In this document: piece by piece, positions 15,882 to 17,699 of the stretch
How positions within the stretch are numbered: position 1 is the stretch's first letter
Layout: every line of letters begins with the position of its first letter
DNA from: Thermoanaerobaculia bacterium
GTDB taxonomy: Bacteria; Acidobacteriota; Thermoanaerobaculia; Multivoradales; UBA5704
Assembly (NCBI GenBank): GCA_044226625.1
Contig: JBGAGQ010000094.1
Coordinates: 1 to 17,699, forward strand
DNA: 17,699 nt
Direction: 5' to 3'
The notes under the pieces: generated by a model
Seen by the model: only the letters and a program-made list of their open reading frames with translations
The model's database searches: none
What the model was told of the DNA's origin: nothing
Translations under genes and position numbers: made by a program

Positions 15882-16118
15882 GGTTCAACCCCCACCGGAG
15901 AGGAAATCTGTCGACAAACCTGCGCCTCCCGTCCGCCCCTCGCCACCTCTGCCCGGGTGGGTGGGCACGCGCCAACCGGTGGGGAGGCCAGAATTCCCGC
16001 CGCCCGGCAGGGTGGGGGTGCCTTGGAACGAAAGCGCCCTTCGGAATCCGGCCGCCGCAACTCCGGCCGGTCCGCGACGTAGATTCCCCGAACGCAACGA
16101 CGAGGAAGGACGAACCCG

Positions 16119-17699
16119 ATGAACCGCACGCTCGACGCCCTGCGACGCGACCTCACGATCGCCTTCCGGAACATGCGCCGCCGGCCGGGGTGGAGCGCCA
16201 CGGCGATCGCGAGCCTCGCGCTCGGGATCGGCGCCGTGATCGCGTTGACCACCGTCGTCCGGACTACCCTGCTCGCGCCGTTGCCGTTCGATTCGCCCGA
16301 GCGGCTTTGGAGCGTCGAGCACCGCCTCGGCGGCGAAGTCCACGGCGGCAACCCGGTTCGACTGGCCGATCTATCGACGGGCGCCGCGAAGGTCGCGTCG
16401 GTCGGCGGCTGGTTCACGGAAGGGGCCGTCTGGCTCCGCGACGGCGAAGGAGCGGAGCCCGAGGGGCTGCAGGCCCTGCGCGTTTACGGCGACTTTCTCG
16501 GCGCGCTCGGCGCCAGCCCGGTCGTCGGCCGTTCGCTCGCGACAGCCGAGATCGTCCCCGGCTCCCGCTCCGTGATGCTCACCGAGCGTTTTTGGCGGAG
16601 CCGCCTCGGCGGCGATCCCGGCGTGGTCGGCCGGCCGTTCCGCCTCGGCGAGGGCGTCTATACCGTGGTCGGCGTCTTGCCCCGGTCGGTGGGCGACGTC
16701 TTCCGCTCCGACCTGGTCTACGCGGGCCCCGAGGTCACCTCGCGGAAAGCGGGATTCCTGGGCGTCCTCGCGCGTTTGAAACAGGGCGTCGCCCTGCCCG
16801 AGGCCCGCGCGGCCTTCTCCGCCCTCGCCGCGCGGATGGCGCGCGATCACGCCGAGACCGACGCCGGTCTCGCCCTCGCGCTCCTGCCGGCGGCCGACGA
16901 GCTCGTCGGTACACCTCTCTCTGGCCGGCTCTGGATGGTGCTCGCGACCGCCGGGTTCGTCCTGCTGATCGTCTGCGTCAACCTGGCCTGCCTGCTGCTC
17001 GCCCGGGCGCCGCAGGCGATCCGCGAGGGCTCGATCCGCGCCGCGCTGGGTGCCGGACGCGGAACCCTGCTCCAAAGCTCGCTCTCCGAAAGCCTGGTGC
17101 TCGCATCCGTCGGCGGCGCGCTCGGCGTGGCGATGGCCTTCCCGCTCGTCCGGCTGCTCGCGACGCGGCTCCCCGCCGACCTGCCGAACGTCCTGCTCCT
17201 CGCCGAGAACGGCTTCGACGGGATCACGGTCGCGCTCGCGCTCGGTCTCACGCTCCTCTGCGGCCTCCTAGTCGGCACCCTGCCCGCCTGGCGCGTCGCG
17301 CGCCGATCGTCGTTCGCCGGTCTGCGCGGCCGGACGGTCGGAGACCGCGAGGGGGGGCTCCTCCGTTCGGGCCTCGTCGTGGTCGAGCTCGCCCTCTCGC
17401 TCGTGCTGCTGATCGGCGCGGGCCTCACCGCCCAGACCCTCCTTCGCCTCCGCGCGGTGCCCCTTGGGTTCGCGCCGGACCGCCTGCTCACGCTGCGGAT
17501 CGCCTTCCCCTGGGACACCGACCCGGAGAAGCTCAACGCCATCTATCGCGACCTGATCCAGGAGCTCGGCTCGCTGCCCGGCGCCCGGTCCGCGGCCTTC
17601 GCCGACCGCTTGCCGTTCGAAGGGGAGAGCCAGGGGGGAGAGCTGGCGCTCCCCGGTCGGACCTTCGCCCAAGGGGCGAAGACGGCCCCGATCTCCCGG
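16119..17699 (+). CDS. ADOP-type / MacB-FtsX-like ABC permease, 3'-truncated by the window edge
   Basis: Not in the ORF track because it runs off the end. Manual translation from ATG 16119 (SD GAGGAAGGA): MNRTLDALRRDLTIAFRNMRRRPGW..SLALGIGA..LLAPLPF..PERL..FWRSRLGGDPGVVG..YTVVGVLP..ARLKQGV..VLLIVCVNLACLLLAR..IRAALGAGR..LRSGLVVVELALSLVLLIGAGL..LGF. Confidence 0.9.
   Translation, partial: MNRTLDALRRDLTIAFRNMRRRPGWSATAIASLALGIGAVIALTTVVRTTLLAPLPFDSPERLWSVEHRLGGEVHGGNPVRLADLSTGAAKVASVGGWFTEGAVWLRDGEGAEPEGLQALRVYGDFLGALGASPVVGRSLATAEIVPGSRSVMLTERFWRSRLGGDPGVVGRPFRLGEGVYTVVGVLPRSVGDVFRSDLVYAGPEVTSRKAGFLGVLARLKQGVALPEARAAFSALAARMARDHAETDAGLALALLPAADELVGTPLSGRLWMVLATAGFVLLIVCVNLACLLLARAPQAIREGSIRAALGAGRGTLLQSSLSESLVLASVGGALGVAMAFPLVRLLATRLPADLPNVLLLAENGFDGITVALALGLTLLCGLLVGTLPAWRVARRSSFAGLRGRTVGDREGGLLRSGLVVVELALSLVLLIGAGLTAQTLLRLRAVPLGFAPDRLLTLRIAFPWDTDPEKLNAIYRDLIQELGSLPGARSAAFADRLPFEGESQGGELALPGRTFAQGAKTAPISR

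Noticed and set aside
15882-16118. Sigma54 or FNR/Rex sites upstream of the hydrogenase
   Set aside because: GGCAC-containing stretches lack the GC at the required GG-N10-GC spacing. TGTCGACA is only an 8-bp palindrome and does not match those consensus sites.
11379-16118. Absence of hypABCDEF as evidence that the hydrogenase is non-functional
   Set aside because: hyp genes are often encoded elsewhere, so this cannot be judged from the window. All structural ORFs are intact.
402-17672. Many long overlapping alternative-frame ORFs (e.g. 976..2244 -, 1856..3073 -, 5601..6986 -, 8930..10054 +, 13090..14949 +, 16371..17075 -)
   Set aside because: They are Arg/Gly/Pro/Ala-rich shadow frames expected in high-GC DNA. 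They overlap well-supported genes and show no recognisable motifs.

Overview
This is a high-GC bacterial chromosomal segment. An ADOP-type permease suggests Acidobacteriota (inference only). In order it holds: a probable decayed SGNH-hydrolase remnant, a secreted six-repeat DUF5666-like protein, a membrane-anchored TPR protein, thymidine/pyrimidine-nucleoside phosphorylase, a ~130-bp MITE-like inverted-repeat element, a small hypothetical protein, tRNA-Gly(CCC), bactofilin, alanine dehydrogenase, an NAD(P)-binding epimerase-family protein, a sulfatase-like protein divergent from a LOG-family protein, and PhoH2 (PIN plus ATPase). Next is a minus-strand group 1 [NiFe]-hydrogenase operon (small subunit, large subunit, cytochrome b, maturation protease, extra c-type cytochrome). 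A 3'-truncated ADOP/MacB-like permease ends the window. Most genes are ordinary housekeeping or metabolic genes, and I see no CRISPR, prophage or clear defence island. The most notable points are the Cys-to-Asn proximal Fe-S ligand and operonic cytochrome c of the hydrogenase, a 23-bp bidirectional promoter that apparently drives two leaderless mRNAs, the MITE, an orphan antitoxin-like ORF, and a sulfatase-like enzyme with Thr at the nucleophile position.
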